NCBI GenBank assembly: GCA_964270895.1
Contig: OZ185438.1
From: Podarcis filfolensis
Lineage: Eukaryota
Length of the DNA: 64,000 nucleotides
Direction: 5' to 3' (one strand)
Under the pieces are notes generated by a model, which was not told the origin of the DNA, ran no database searches, and saw nothing but the letters and a program-made list of their open reading frames with translations. Shown piece after piece: positions 48,701 through 63,312 of this stretch. Both the position numbers and the translations under genes were made by a program. The first letter of the stretch is position 1. Each line of letters opens with the position of its first letter.

Positions 48701-51700
48701 TCCACGTACCATCTATTATTAATTAAATAAGTAATTATATTTGTAGACCTGCCCTTATAGTGATCACAGAGCAGTTTCCAGAATATTATAATATAAACAA
48801 CAGTTACATTTAAAACTATTTAAAAGAGTTGCCAGAATTTTCTTTCAAAAATACTAGGTAGAACTGGGGACAGAACAAAGACAAAACCTTGTAGGGCAGA
48901 GCCTGAACATGGGTTTGATAGCAGAAAATCTTGGTCAAACTAGATCAGATGTTTAGACCCTTCAGAAAAACGATAAAGATTTGTTTATTATTATTATTAG
49001 TTTTGGGGAGATGGGAAGCACATCTACTGAATATTTATCAGCTTCTTTTAAGTGTTCCTGAAAATAGATAGCTGCAACCCATGGCTTGCTTGAATAGAAT
49101 AATCTTTGGAAGGTCTGCAATGCTTGAAGGACAGCAATGGACAGTTGGAGTGAAGCTGTGGTGCTACTGTCAAGAATTTCCTGTCCTGATTTGTTGAACT
49201 CGTAATAGATACAAATTGTTGGTTTAAAGGTTTATGAATGGGACAGTTCTCTATAGGTACCAATGTTATGTAGGATTGTAGTGTGCTGCATATGTACTGG
49301 TGAGGTCTTGTGACCTAAAGGGCTGTATCAAATGCTGGAATTTCCATGCACCCAATCAAACGTCTTCCTGTTCTATTCCCTCCAGTCCCCCTATGCCCTC
49401 AAAATCAGTTCTTGAGAGTTGAGGGATGCTCCAGATCAGAGTGAGTGAGTGCTTGTGTATGTTGTTGTTGTTATTATTTATTGAATTTATATACCGCCCT
49501 ATACCTTGAGGTCTCAGGGTTGTTCACAGAATAAAATGTGTGTCTGTTGGGCGGGGAGGGGAGGGGAAAGAGAAACTGGAAAATCCATTGCATCACAAAA
49601 ACCACTGGTGCAGCATTGGGTACAAACCAATGTGTTTCATTACAATGTACAGAGCAGTTTCAAAATCCGAAGCAACTGAACTTAAAATAATGGCATGCTT
49701 TCTTAAAAGGGCTTATTTCTTATTTGTGGCTGTCTGTACATTGGCTTAATTGGCTTAAAAAATAGCTACATCATTCCTTTTCTCAAATCAGTTTGATGCT
49801 GTTTTGGGGGGGAATGCATCAAAATACACTATTTCCCAAGAAATGACAGGGTATGGATGGATATAGGACAGGTATGGATTGTGGCAAATGTTGTGGAAAA
49901 TGTTTTCCACACCAGTGGTGGGACTGCACTGTGCACAGCCCCAGACTGTGGTCAGAGCTGTGCCTCTATTTTTCAGGGTTTCATATGGTTGGTTCAAAAA
50001 ACTTAATTCTTGAGTTCAAAATCAGATAAAGGAGAACCACTACAATGTTGTTGTTTTTAAGGAAGGCAATTGCTCTTTTATGCACATTCATCCTGTCTTT
50101 CTTCAGCAAGGGACAAAGTAGCAGAAGTAGTTTCCAAGTTTGGGATTCCCTTGCTAGATTTAAACTGCAGGCTAGATTTGGATGTGCACCTGGATATTCA
50201 CATAGCGATGTGCATTTGAATGCAAGGTATCCTGTGTAACGGGTCCTCGCTTCATAAAATGATAGAATTGCACAGCTGAAAGTGATCCCAAGGGTTATCT
50301 AGTTCAACTGCCTGCACTACAGGAATCCTGACCACAATGTTGTATCTTCAGTATAGGTCTTCAGTATGAGATTCTGTAAGGAAATAAATACAGCGATGTT
50401 GTCCATGACCATGATGCGGTCATTTAGTCTTGTGCACCAGCTGAGTATCCCCTCAGCAGAGCCCATGTTCCTTTCTTAACCAGCATTGGCAAATAAAATG
50501 GAAATTGCAGTGACTTGACTATATATACACAATATACACTAGCAGATATTGCTTAGTAATACTAGTTTTTATTTTGAAGTATTTAGAGACTTATCATTTT
50601 ATCTAATGCAGCAAATGCATTTAATTTTTCAGTAGAGGCAGTATGCATAGTACATTGCTACCATTCAGACCTTTGTGAAATATATTTTGTGAAATACCAC
50701 AGTGGGTTAAGTGATGGGCCAGTACTATGACTGATAAATAACTGAGCATCATTCACCTGCCATTTTGTATGTTTCAAACACCACTGAGCCAGTTGCTTAT
50801 GTGGCCAATATAGTTTTACTATGCTACCACTGGTAAAATGAAGAACAATAGTAGGCAAAAATTATGCAAAAACCAGCCCTATTTTAGTAAAAAAAAGAGA
50901 GAAATAGGCACACTTATGCAGGAAGCACAGCCAACATGCCATAAGTTCAACTTGGATGATCTATTCTAAGTAGTTTATTACAACACAAATTTTTGAAGGC
51001 AGAAGCCCACTTCATGAAAATCATGAGGTTGACGAAAGTGTGTGTGTCTGTGTATGGTGGTATTCAGCTAAGTTTTACTCAGAGTAGACCTTTTAAAATG
51101 AATGGATCTAGCATAGTCATGTTCATTCATTTCAGTTTGTCTGCTTTGAATAAAACTTAGTTGCATACCACTGTATGTAAAATTCTGCTATTTTGCAGAG
51201 AATTTGTAATAGCAGATGACTTTGTGGCCTTATTCAGGCCCACTTGTTTTACTGCTGCTGATTATATTGTTTTATTTAGCTTTTACACATATTTTTAATA
51301 TTGCTGTTATGCTGCCTTGCATATGTAACTATATCAAATAGAAACTATTATATGTATGGATATAGGTACAGATAGCATTAGGTACAGAGGAGGGGGGGAG
51401 ACCAAATTAATAAAGTGAGACCTAAAAGATAACAGAAATGCAAAGAATATATCCTGCTTTCTGAGGTGTGAGACATGGAGTAGGTGTCTCTCAGTGATTT
51501 CCCTGTAATAAATTTTTTGTCCAGCTCTCTCTCATAAAAGGGTGATTTATTTAGTTAGCTGCCTTGCAAACGCAAACTGGGAATCGAATGCCGAGTTGTG
51601 TGCTTCTTGGCTCATGCAACATCACCAGGAGTAAAGATTTTGCAACAACAACTTAGCTAACAAGTCTCTTGATGATGCATTCGACTGAATGGAGTCCATC

Positions 51701-53095
51701 CAGCTCTCTCTCTCTCTCCTGTTTTGGTACTGCAGGGCTAAAAAGGAATGAAAAGTAATAAAGACCTATTTTGAGCACTAAAATAAGCAGACATGACTCA
51801 GAATACTTGCAGTGAATAGAGTGGTGAAGTAAAAAGGTGCCATTTTTACACAGTCATTTTTCTGACCATAATGGCCTTTTAAACTCTTACTAAAATAGCA
51901 TATTTGCTCAGGCACTTTTCTTGGAAAACTGAGTAAAATGGAGGGGGAAAACTTTGCAGGATCTGAGCATTTTATTTTCAAAGTTTGACACAAGTTGTGC
52001 AAAAGAGACCAATTGGAGGGGGGGTCAATTTGAGTGCTCTTGACAAAATTAATATTTCCTTTGTATCTATTTTGGGCAACCTGCAGTAGTAAGGCAACAG
52101 TAGTTAGATTTGGAATTGTTCACTGAATTCCATCTGCATTCCATGCCCCATATGGAAAAGAGAGTATACAGTGGGCATGATATGAAACTGAAAATATGCA
52201 GTGACTTGGTCTAATTTTAGCATTAATTGGGATGTGCAGAGACAGAATCCATATGCACAGACTTTGAGGAAATGGCATTCCATGACTTGATGTAACCAAT
52301 CATGAAGGAACCTTCGAGACATCAAGACCTCTCCCACCTTGAACGAGCAAACACCCCTTTCCATCACAGGTCCTCATTAACTGGTTCTCACTGCACTGGC
52401 CTTGAAGGACTGATAAGGAGGCACTTGCATTTGGTGTCAGTGCTTAGGAATTTCTAACAATTCTTTCTAACACAGACCAGAAAATTCCACTTCGCGTGGA
52501 TTTCTTCTCTACAGGTGGATAGCTCAATGAAAGCATTGATCCAGGCTGCATTCAGACAGCACTTTATCCTGTCTTCCTGATGTTTCCTTACCTATTAATT
52601 TTTTTGTATCTTATGTGATCTTTCACAGGACATAACAGCCACTTCTGGAAATCTAGTGGAAGTTTAGTACTCATTTCCATGTTGGTTGTTTCCAGAAAAA
52701 ATCCACTTGGAGCCCCATTAACTCAGAAAATTGTGGGAGTTTTGTGCTGTAATTTCCCCGGAGTTTTCATTATCACACCATCACTGCTCACATGATGACA
52801 TTTGGAGTGGTATCCCAGCATGCAGTTCTTTCCCACTGCTTAAAATTTAGTGTGACATGGGGTGGGCGGGACTTTTGTTCCCCTGGGTCCTCTTGCTTTT
52901 ATGACTTGGTTTGTTCACTGCTGGAGTGTTGGTCACTATTATGAGGTGGACTTCAAATTCTACATTTGGATTTAATCTTGTGCTGCATTTTCCAAATGTC
53001 AGCTTTCTGCCTGTGTCATGATAGTACCTTAACCATTTTTCTAGCCATACCTGCTAAAGGGGTATACAACCATGCTGCAAAGATAGGTGCCTCTG

Positions 53096-53835
53096 CAACA
53101 ACAACAACAACAACAATTTTATTTGTACCCCGCCCATCCGACTGGGTTTCCCCAACCACTCTGGGCGACTCCCAACATAATAAAACATTAAACATTAAAA
53201 ACTTCCCTAAACAGGGCTGCCTTCAGATATCTTCTAAAAGTCAGATAGTTGTTTATTTCCTAGACATCTGATGGGAGGGCGTTCTACAGGGCGGGTGCCA
53301 CTACTGAGAAGGCCCTCTGCCTGGTTCCCTATAACCACACATTTCACAGTGAGGGAACCGCCAGAAGGCCCTCAGAGCTGGACCTCAGTGTCTAGGCAGA
53401 ATGATGGGGGTGGAGCCATTCCTTCAGGTATACTGGGCCGAGGCCATTTAGGGCTTTAAAGGTCAGCACCAATACTTTGAATTGTCGGAAACGTACTGGG
53501 AGCCAATGTAGGTCTTTCAGGACCAGTGTTATATGGTCTCGACAGCCACTCCCAGTCACCAGTCTAGCTGCCACATTCTGGATTAGTTGTAGTTTCTGGG
53601 TCACCTTCAAAGGTAGTCTCACGTAGAGCGCATTGCAGTAGTCCAAGCGGGAGATAACTAGAGCATGCACCACTCTGGTGAGACAGTCTGCGGGCAGATA
53701 GGGTCTCAGCCTGCGTATCTGATGGTGCTGGTAGACAGCTGCCCTGGACACAGGATTGACCTGCACCTCCATGGACAGCTGTGAGTCCAAAATGACTCCC
53801 AGGCTGTGCACCTGGTCCTTCAAATCCCAACCCCC
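53096..53835 (-). mobile_element. L2-clade LINE 3' fragment
   Basis: Minus ORF LGVILDSQLSME..SRLDYCNALY..LQLIQNVAARLV..LHWLPV..FKVLVLTFKALNGLGP; (CAA)n tail at 53096. Confidence 0.92.
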
Positions 53836-54489
53836 TCCATGTAAGCGTGAGTCAAGTTTATGAAGGGTGAACTCCCATACACCTGCTTTCTGTTACTTAC
53901 AAGCGTGATTTTGGCTTAGCTTCTGCTGGATTTCCAGCCTAGAGTTATAAAGTAGATTATTTGTGTGTGTTGCAAGATGTTTCAATCCACTGGATATAAC
54001 AATATAACATTTGCTGACTTTCCTAGTAGCTAGGGTGTTATGGTCTGTTCTGGAAACACCTTCAACAATGTTGGTGTCTTTAAGAGTGAGAGCTGAGACT
54101 TGCAATTGGCATGCTTATGTGATATGTTTAGTGCTGCCACTTTAAATTCCAAATGCGAAAGTCTTAATGTTTGAGTGATCTCCCTACATAAAAACTTCAT
54201 ACACATGTAAGACTAGCATGCCAGGGAAAAACCTAACCCAGTACCCTCTTTCCCTGGCATGCCTGTTTTGGATATGGAAGGAGCTTAATTAACTAACTAA
54301 ATAATTGGAGGAGCATTCAAACACAGAGTGAAGCAATACAGTCCATCAGCAAATAAAGGAATACTTTCACAGAGTCTACTTAAAATGCTCAGTGTGATCT
54401 CTGGTGCATGGAAAGGATGAGGCAGTACTGCAGCACATTCTATGTATTACACGTGGCTGCTGTCTCATTTAAATGCACTTTTGTGTGTG

Positions 54490-54668
54490 CAGTGGCGTAG
54501 CGTGGGGGGTGCAGGGGGGCCGGCCGCACCGGGCGCAACATCTGGGGTTAGGGCAAATCCATGGGTTAGGGGGCGCAAATCCACGGGTTAGGGGGCACAA
54601 ATCCACGGGTTAGGGGGCGCAAATTACTTGCCTTGCCCCGGGTGCTGACAACCCACGCTACGCCACTG
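54490..54668 (+). mobile_element. hAT-like MITE with internal ~21-bp TTAGGG-containing tandem repeats
   Basis: TIR cagtggcgtagcgtggg / cccacgctacgccactg; 8-bp TSD TGTGTGTG. Confidence 0.9.
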
Positions 54669-57140
54669 TGTGTGTGCCTGCTCATACATGTGCAGTGTTG
54701 GCAATGGTAGTGGCTGGCACAGAGGGCTGGTGCTGTACTGCTGCACTCCCAACAGCTGAATGACTACCACTTACTGAAACGGTGTGCGGATGCAGCAGAA
54801 TGGTGGTGCAGCAGGCACACAGCCAGGGAATACTCCACTCTTGCACCCACAACTTTGCCACTGCTCTCCTTACAATGCTGCTTGCCATAATGATGTGAGG
54901 GCAGGGCAGGGCTGTGGTAAGGTTGTAGCTATGTGGGTTCACTGGAGGGAGCATCAGATTGGCACTGCTGGTGTGCCCACACAGCTCTAGCCATGCCACC
55001 AACCTTCCCTACCTGTCCTGCTAAGCAGCAGCTGTTCTGCTCCACCACTCCTGGTAGCAAGCTATCTATGCCATAGATGGCTTGACACACTAGATGCATA
55101 TGGGCTGGCACATACCGTTCTGCCAGTGCTAGGCATTGTATGTTTCATTATATTGTCCCCTAGTCTCTGCATTTAGAACTGTTTTAAATTTCCCTTTGTA
55201 GATCTGATAGGCCACAGAGCTTTCTAATATTATGAATCTGTTGGTTGTGCCTGTCTGGTACATCTAATTGTGTTTAGACCTCTTTTCTTCAGAATAAGAA
55301 AATAATAACCCCCTTGGCCTTGTACTCTGCCACTCCAAGTTGCAGCTTGAAGGGCTTGACTTTGCATTATCTTTTCACTTTGTCCACACCTTCTCTTTTA
55401 TCTTAGTTAGATTCAGCCTTCTATTAATCCTTCTTCTACAGCTAATATTTTATCACCTGCATCAATGTGTCACTTGCTATTCGAGTTGTGCTCAAGTTAT
55501 TGCTAAAGTTGAAGATTAGTTTACCTGAAAATGTGGCATGGGTGTGAGTTTAGCTGACTAGATGGACTTAAAACCCACGAGACCAGAACACACATTGAAG
55601 GTGTCTTCAAACAAGACAGTGATCGTGTGGAATGTTTATACCTAGCGGGCAGCAGGTTGCAGAAAACTGGATAAATGCTTTGACCGTGGCCAGAAAAAAA
55701 GAGATGGAAAGAGACTGACCTTCTGTGACCATTTCCATATTTCTTGTTATTTTATAAGCACACCTAGAAGCTTTCTTTTTCCCATTCTTTTAGCAGCAGA
55801 ATGGGAACAGAATCTGTAGAGCTACTCAACAGGTTAAATGGATATCATGCTATGTATATAGCTATAGGCTTTACTGGGCTTCAGAAAATATTGGATCAAT
55901 CCCCTACAAATCACTGCCAATTTCATTAGGTTTTATTAAGTTTAATAAAGAGCCCAGAGTCCATACACCCAAAGGGCATAGGGTTCATACATCTTGATGA
56001 ATCCAACATGAAAATATAAAGTGGAAATGTAATAATTTCACCAAATATATTTGACTAAGTAGGGACAGAGGTATTTCAACAGTGTATTGGATAGTTACTG
56101 TAGGACATTATATGCTATTCTTGTAGTATTTTTTTCTCAAGACCAGATGTGAACTGGAGTGTTTTCTTAGGCTATCTGTGCTTATAATACATACACAGCC
56201 GGCATTATTGATGGTTTTATGCAGCTGTGTTACATTGAATATGATATTTTCTATTTTTGTAAAAATAGAAACTTTCCCTCTTTTAAAATTGCTTTTGTGC
56301 CTTTTATTCAAAATGAAAATCAATCTAAGAAAAAACACATTGGGGTAAATGATGAGAGAAATAGAGCAATACAGGGTGAATTATTGCTCTCTGAACAGTA
56401 CTCCAATGAAATGGAAACATAGATGCTTACAGATGGAGGCTTTTTCATGAAACACAGCATATGGTTCTACATCAAAAAATAAGAGTCCTAATAAAGACGT
56501 CCTTGCTTGTAGCAGTGTGCTGTACATTGACTATGTTGCACCAGGATCTCTCTGCCCAGCAGATGGTCAGCACTGAGTTTTAACAGTGTTGATTATCTGT
56601 TATGGAGGTGGGTAAAATAACTTCAATCAGCCCTTCTCCCTTCCAGACAAGGGGATTGATGCTTTAAGATCTGAGAGGTAGGGTGCTGGCACTTCTAGAC
56701 GGTTGCTATTTTCAATCATATACCATAAATTCAGACTGTGCAATTAAAGTTCAGTAGGTGTTCTTGCCAAACAAACCTGTGTGCCAAAAGAGGGAAAAGA
56801 AAAAAAGAAAATTGGACTTTTTATGATAAGGAAAAGTGGACACTGGAAAGTATGGGATAAGATTGCTTGATGCAACACTGTCTAACTTCCCTGCAAACAA
56901 ATTGGAACAAATGCTCAATAAATAGAAGACATTGTCTAACCCCCACACAAACTTTATGCAAATTGAGATGAATGCTCAATACGTTATGAAAGCAACCTTA
57001 TGGACCCAGTTCAGTATGACACAATGTGAATGTAGATGTGGTCTTGATGTGGTTATTTGCACTTCCATTCCTCAAACAGCACTGTTTCGTTATAAACTGT
57101 ATGTGGAAAAATGTTTCAGCACAAAGCTTTTCCCTATGTT

Positions 57141-57306
57141 CAGTGGCGTAGCGTGGGTTGTCAGCACCCGGGGCAAGGCAAGTAATTTGTGCCCTCTAAC
57201 CCGTGGATTTGCGCCCCCTAACCCGTGGATTTGCGCCCCCTAACCCTAACCCCCAGATGTTGCGCCTGGTGCGGCCCCCCCCTGGACCCCCCACGCTACG
57301 CCACTG
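57141..57306 (-). mobile_element. Same hAT-like MITE family, opposite orientation
   Basis: Reverse-complement match to 54490-54668; 8-bp TSD CCTATGTT at 57133-57140 and 57307-57314. Confidence 0.9.
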
Positions 57307-57787
57307 CCTATGTTGGTGACTGCGTATATCGCCTCCCTTCTATATTTTTAAATAGCAGGGGAGGAGATTGTTAAGTGCTTTCATTGTTCGTGATGCTAAT
57401 TTTTCAAGAGCAGTGAGGTGGTCAGACAGAAGAAGGGAAAAACAAGATATAGAGACTTATAGAATATATGACTTCTACGAGGCAGGAGGTTCCATGATAC
57501 ATTAAAGTCAAGTGTTACATGTTAATAGTGCTATACTGAAAAGCCTTTCTACACTTTCCATATTTTTAGCCTATCTCTTATTTTCAAACCAATTATTACC
57601 ACTAACCACAATTTTATTTACTTCAGTTGGTAGCAGAAGGGGAGGAAGAAACCACTGTTGCCAGGATCAAACCTATTTCATGGCAATCATAGTGTGCCCT
57701 TTGGTCATGAGAGCAATCAACAACTTTAGCTAGAATTGGGTGCCAATGCCTTTAGCTCATATGTGTTTCTAGCCTGAAGAGCTAAAG

Positions 57788-57967
57788 TAGGGATATGAAA
57801 CCTCAGACCTGGATCCCAAATATGGCCTTTAAGGTACTCTGTTTGGTGCCCAAGACTCTTGCTTGGCCATACCCCCTCTCAACTAATATCTGTAATATTA
57901 TGTGGCCCCTTAAAGGTTCCCCACAAGGAAATTTGACCCCGAGGTCAGAAATGGTTCTCTACCCCTG
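57788..57967. mobile_element. hAT-type MITE, older
   Basis: 8-bp TSD AGCTAAAG at 57780-57787 and 57968-57975; decayed tagggata / tacccctg ends. Confidence 0.75.
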
Positions 57968-59189
57968 AGCTAAAGGATTTAATCAGAGGTGTGGTTCCTT
58001 TTGGTGGAAAGCTGTTGGGGGCCGCAATCCAGTAGCAAGAGGGGCCAGAGCCACATACAACCATACATCATAGCTGTCAATGTTTCCCTTTTTTAAAGGG
58101 AAATTCCCTTATTCTGAATAGGATTCCTCACAAGAAAAGGGAAAAGTTGACAGCTATGCCATACATCCTTAATACAGACAGAGCTATTTCTCATGGAAAC
58201 AGAGGCATATATTTAATTCCTAGTAGCACCACTCAGATTTCACCTTCCATTTTCTCCAGAGACTTTTTAAACAAAGTTTATTTTAAAGACTTTCCACCAC
58301 CCTTTATTTATCTTGACTGCATAAAAGGCAAAAATAACTCAATAATTCGAGAAGAAGAATGCAAATAATGCTAATGCACAGCTGAGCTGTAAACCCTGCC
58401 TTACAGCTATTCAGAGCTTCAAACTTCAAAATCCAATTGTCTCTTGAAAATTACATACATGCAGTTACAACATTCAGGGGCAACTGTTTTCGTTTCTTGT
58501 TTTCATCTGCAAGAAACATGGCTACCTCTCTGTTGGGAAATTCTTTTTCTGCTTTGAACTTCTTGCGATGGAAGGAGCTGCAATTGCCTAGTGAGAAAGA
58601 AAGACAAAGTGAAAGTTCTGATTCAACTTTTAAAGAAAACTGTTACGTGTTAGTTTGGCGTTTACCAGCAAATCCCGTATTTGTATTTCTGTTCAGAATT
58701 AATTTAGACTTGGGAATGCCTCGGCTTATTAGTTCCATCATCCAATAAGAATCATCAGATGGAAATGTTACTGAGTATAAGCATGTGCACTTTGGAAATG
58801 CTGACAAATAAATTAAGGAAAGAAAGTTGACCAGTGTTCACAAAAAGGATAATTCACAGTCTCACAGTGCTAGAACTTGGGGCTGTCCAATGAAGCTGGA
58901 TTTTGGAAGATTCATGACAAATAACAGGAAGAACTGAGTGTTGGAGAGCCCTAAAGACAAACAGATTTATTGTTATATAAATTCCCATGGACCAGAGCTC
59001 ACATCATCAGGTGCATGAACTGTTGTAGTCAGTTGACAGATATGTACAGTATATATAGGGGTGGGTGGGTATGTATGTATGTATGGTGAGTCCAAGAATA
59101 AAAAATAATGCAAATAAACGTGTAGTATCTCTGTGACATACATTGCAAATCTAAATTGTATTCAGTCATAGAAGATAGTACCAATATAT

Positions 59190-59695
59190 TTAATGGCATT
59201 TCTTACCTTCCCTTCAGCACAAGATCCCAGGATAGATTGCAACTCAGTAATATAGTATTAAAATCAGTTTTTAAATTACATTAAAAACGTATCAGAATAG
59301 AGCAGAAAAAACAGGATGGGTCCTAAAAGTGTATCTCAAGTGGCCCAGGGGAAAAAGGCACATATTCAACATATGCCAAAAACTATACATTCATGGTTCC
59401 AGACATAGCTCTCACACAGCTTATGGAACACCCTAAAGAGGAGCTATAGGGAAGAAGAAGGTCTTGCATATATTTGGGGCATAAGTCATTTAGGGCTTTA
59501 AACACCAAAGTGAGCATGTTGAATTGCACCCATAAACCAACTTGCAACCAGTGCAGCTGTTTTGAAACCTTTAAATGGAATACTAGCCAGTAAGGTGCTG
59601 CTGTGTTTTGGACCAGTGGAAGTTTCTGTGTTGTTTTCATGGCAAGTCCCATACAGAGTGCATTGGAAATAATCCAGCCTGGAGGTTACCAATTG
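59190..59695 (-). mobile_element. Old L2 3' fragment
   Basis: VTSRLDY, TQKLPLVQNTAA, QLHWLQVG..QFNMLTLVFKALNDL across frameshifts. Confidence 0.8.
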
Positions 59696-62600
59696 GTAGA
59701 GATTTTAAACCCTGATTATTCAGGTTTAAATCTGTGTGCGGTCTAGATCTGGTCTGGCTTGACCCTGGGTCTTACTGGGGCTACTCAGAACCATTGGATT
59801 GAGCTGTGAACTGGGGGCCCATGCACAAGCCCAATGTTCTCGTGCTGGTTTCTGAATATTCTCATGTTTATATCAGAATTAAGTGTATTTGTTTTCTTCA
59901 GTAAAGCGAGCGAGAGAGAAATATTGGAGTCTAGGACCCTTGCTCTCTGTGAGCCCAGCACATTAATATCCATGTTTCTACCTCTTGGTGGCACTGCTGA
60001 TGGGAGCGTCTTAGCAGGGTTGGTGGAGTAGCCCTGCTTCTATTATACTGCAGCCTAAAGTTTATTTATTGTTGCAATGAAAACTCTTTGATTTGGACAG
60101 GCACAAGAAGCAAAGGCCTTTTCAGGTTGATGCTCTATATAATCCCCTCCCTTAGGAGACCCATATGAACTCATTATTAAGCACCTTCTGGTAACAGGTG
60201 AAAATTTGACTGTTTAGAGGCTTTACTAGTGTGTGTGTTTTTATGCTGATGAGCTGGATATTCTTGACTGCTCTTGTTTGTTTTGACTCTGTTTTGTTTT
60301 GAGCTTGTTTGGATTATTTAAGCCTAAACTGTTAGCTACTTTGAGTTTCCTAGTGGATAGAAAATTTTAAAATAAATATAAAGTTTATGGGCCAAGCCAC
60401 TGTGAATATTATTCATGTCCTATACAGTAAGTGTTAGCTTCACAAAAAGTACCAAAACTGCTACAGCCTTCAGAAAAGGACAGATGTGTCAGCTGTCAAG
60501 GATAGCTGTGAATAAGAAATTAATAACATGGTTGGGCTTTGTGGCAGAATTTTCATGAGTGCTGAGAAAGTAGATTGTTTTGCTTAAGGACAGCAAGTTG
60601 CTTTTCTAAAGGTGTTACAGTTTATCCCAGAAAAATAAAAGCTTATTTACAATGCCACTATTGTCTTTATATTTTGAGAACATAGAATAAAACTCCCTAC
60701 AAAAGATATTATAAAGCATTTTATAGGGGTTGTGCGTAAGTGACAACAACCACTGCTACTTGCCCCTGAATGAACAAATACAAAGCTGAATTCAATTTGC
60801 TGTCATTTACAAACTGTTGAGCAGTGCTTTTGTAGTTTATGATGTCAGGAAAGCACTGGGGTGAATTACAGCCTTCTGTTTACTCAAGAGCTATTTGTTA
60901 TACAATGTGTTAAAGACATGGTTTGCAAAAAAAAGAAACAATTAATGTAATGTTTCTCCCAATGAAAAAAGTGGGGAAACAATGTGTTTCAGTTCAGTGT
61001 CTCTGCTCCTATTTCATACTACCTTGCGTTAAAAAAAGGGGGGGAATATTGCATCTTTAAACTGATTTCCAAGGGCCTTCATTTTTCAGTGCTCTGCAGG
61101 AAAGGTTCATAGAGTACATTGAGAAAGATGTTTTTGTTCCCCCCACCGTGGGTTTCTGTCCCAAGACTGCCAATTAAATTATCCCATAAATCCTCCATTA
61201 TAGGTAGTAAAACCTAATTTTAGATTTCCTGCCCTCTACAGTGTCTTGCTTGATTGCTACCAGTTGGCTAGAAGTGTAACCTGTTAAGCAGACAATTGTA
61301 GAGAATTGCCTGCTCCTTTCTTTGCCACATGTGAAGGTTTATTAATTCTAGGGATTTGCTCATAGGTTTCACTGGCAAAGTTTACCAACGAGTCCCAAAA
61401 ATGTTTTGTAGCTCCTCAGCTTGGCCATCTTGTTTTAATGGGGAATATATTTGCTGTAGAAACTTACGTCGCAACACATCTCAGATATTACAGTGATAAA
61501 AATATTTTCCCCTTATACAGTTCTCATAACCAGCTGTCGTGAGTAAGCACATTTAAACCTCTTTCTAAATTGCTGGCTGCAAAACTAGGTCATAGAGTGT
61601 CCCACTAAATCTTCCTCTCCACTCCTACTTTTGCAGTTCCATCTAGTCATTCTCTTCCCCTCCCCTCCACCCGTCTCCCTCTCACTCAGAGAGTGGCATG
61701 TATGTGAAGGTCATACAATTTATAAAATAATTTAGAATATACTTTAGAAAATAAAAAGAGAGAGAATGTAAGAAGAACCCTACAAGCAGGACATGAGCAC
61801 AACACTCTGCCACACTATTCTGAGGAATATCACTACCAATACAGAAGGTATTATACAGCCATTATGGCTAGTAGTCATTGATGGCCTTATCGTGCATGAA
61901 TTTGTCTAAACTCCTTTAACAGCAATCCAGGTTAGTGGCTCTGTTGTGGAAGCAGCAGTGTTGCTGCTGGCAAGAAATGTGGGGTGAAGCAAAACAACTA
62001 CCACTGAACTGATGCATTGCCCAGGCTGTTCCATCAGCCCCAGCCTGATGAAGCCCATCAATGATTAGCTATGTATGTCTTTTAAGGATGCGAAGATGTG
62101 AAATGTTCCTATATCCATAGAATGATAAAGAAGAGCTGTGATTCAAAGGGCCCTGCATTCACTCTATGGTTTAGTTTTGCAGAAACCAGCCCCATGGAGT
62201 CTCCAAATTCTTCTCAGAGCATTTGAGAATTTTGAGGAAGATCGTTTTGAATGGAGACTGCTACTGCAGTGTTGCATGGTATATCCCTCGCCTCCCCGGT
62301 TACTCCCCAAACTGCTATTGTGTTAAATCCCAAAATGGCTTTTCTGAACACGGAGGAAGTTCAAAGTGTAGTTGGGGGTTCTGTGCAGGCAGCTTCTGAA
62401 CAGGAAAAGCTGCTGGGGGAAAAAAATCAGATGTGCAATTGAAACATTGATCCATCTGGCCAAAGCATGCAGACCTATTCATAAGATAGGGTAGAAAGGT
62501 AGTTGTTATTATTTTCTTCTTCTGTAGAGACTATGATTACTTATTACCTACCACAAATCGCTTGGAAAACTTTTTTGTCACTTTGTGCATGTAAAAAACA

Positions 62601-63235
62601 TTCATCACTACCACCTCTGGTGGTAGTGGTTGCTATGGACTGTTGAAATGACCCAAGAACTGCTGACAGCTTGGATCAATATTTTGAGAGCTGTGAATTC
62701 TTAAGCGCAGAATCCTGGCTGCCAGTTTTCTTGGCTGGCTTCTTGGAGCAGCTGTTTTAAGTGATACAAACAGCAAACTTGTATTATTCGGAGCTTTGGA
62801 GAACTTGTAGTTTTAAACAGACAGTGGAAATAAGTGGCCTTCAATAAAACAGCCAGAGTGAATTGTATTACCATTACTCACATGACTTTTGAATGATACT
62901 CAGAAGTTGCATCCAAGCTGAAGGTTAGTAAGCCCTAACCATGGTTAAAGCCGGAAGGGGATGTAGGAGATTCTCATTGGAATGAGGAGGAAGCACAAAG
63001 CCATGCAGTCTACTCTTCATCCCTTAGCCTTGTTTAAGAGAATGGGAGTGTTATACCTGCACTGAGGTTAGGGGATATTTATTGTGAGGGACCCAAGTAA
63101 TTGAACATTTGGAGTTAAGTGAGAGGACCTGGATCTTTGGAGTGATGCACCAGGAGGAATAAGATGGTAGGTAAGGAATTTGCAAAGCTAAGCAGAGTCC
63201 AGTATGGTTTCAGACTGGATGGGGGACTGCGTGTT

Positions 63236-63312
63236 GAGATTCCTGCATTGTAGGGAGTTGGACTATATGACCCCCTGGGGTCCCTTACAACTCTACAATT
63301 ATATGATTCTAA
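63236..63312 (+). mobile_element. CR1-like SINE tail without recognisable head
   Basis: attcctgcattgtagggagttggactatatgacc..ggtcccttacaactctacaattatatgattcta. Confidence 0.7.

Noticed and set aside
54550-54625. CRISPR-like or true interstitial telomere array
   Set aside because: Units are directly tandem without unique spacers, lie inside a TIR/TSD-bounded MITE, and are not contiguous (TTAGGG)n; the context is a eukaryotic genome.
62217-62442. Exon 2 of the CpG-island gene (AFENFEEDRFEW.. or METATAVLH..)
   Set aside because: The acceptor is plausible and phase-compatible with exon 1a, but other intronic acceptors (e.g. 59902) are too; the donor is weak and no homolog is recognised. A faint resemblance to the TANK N-terminus did not extend.
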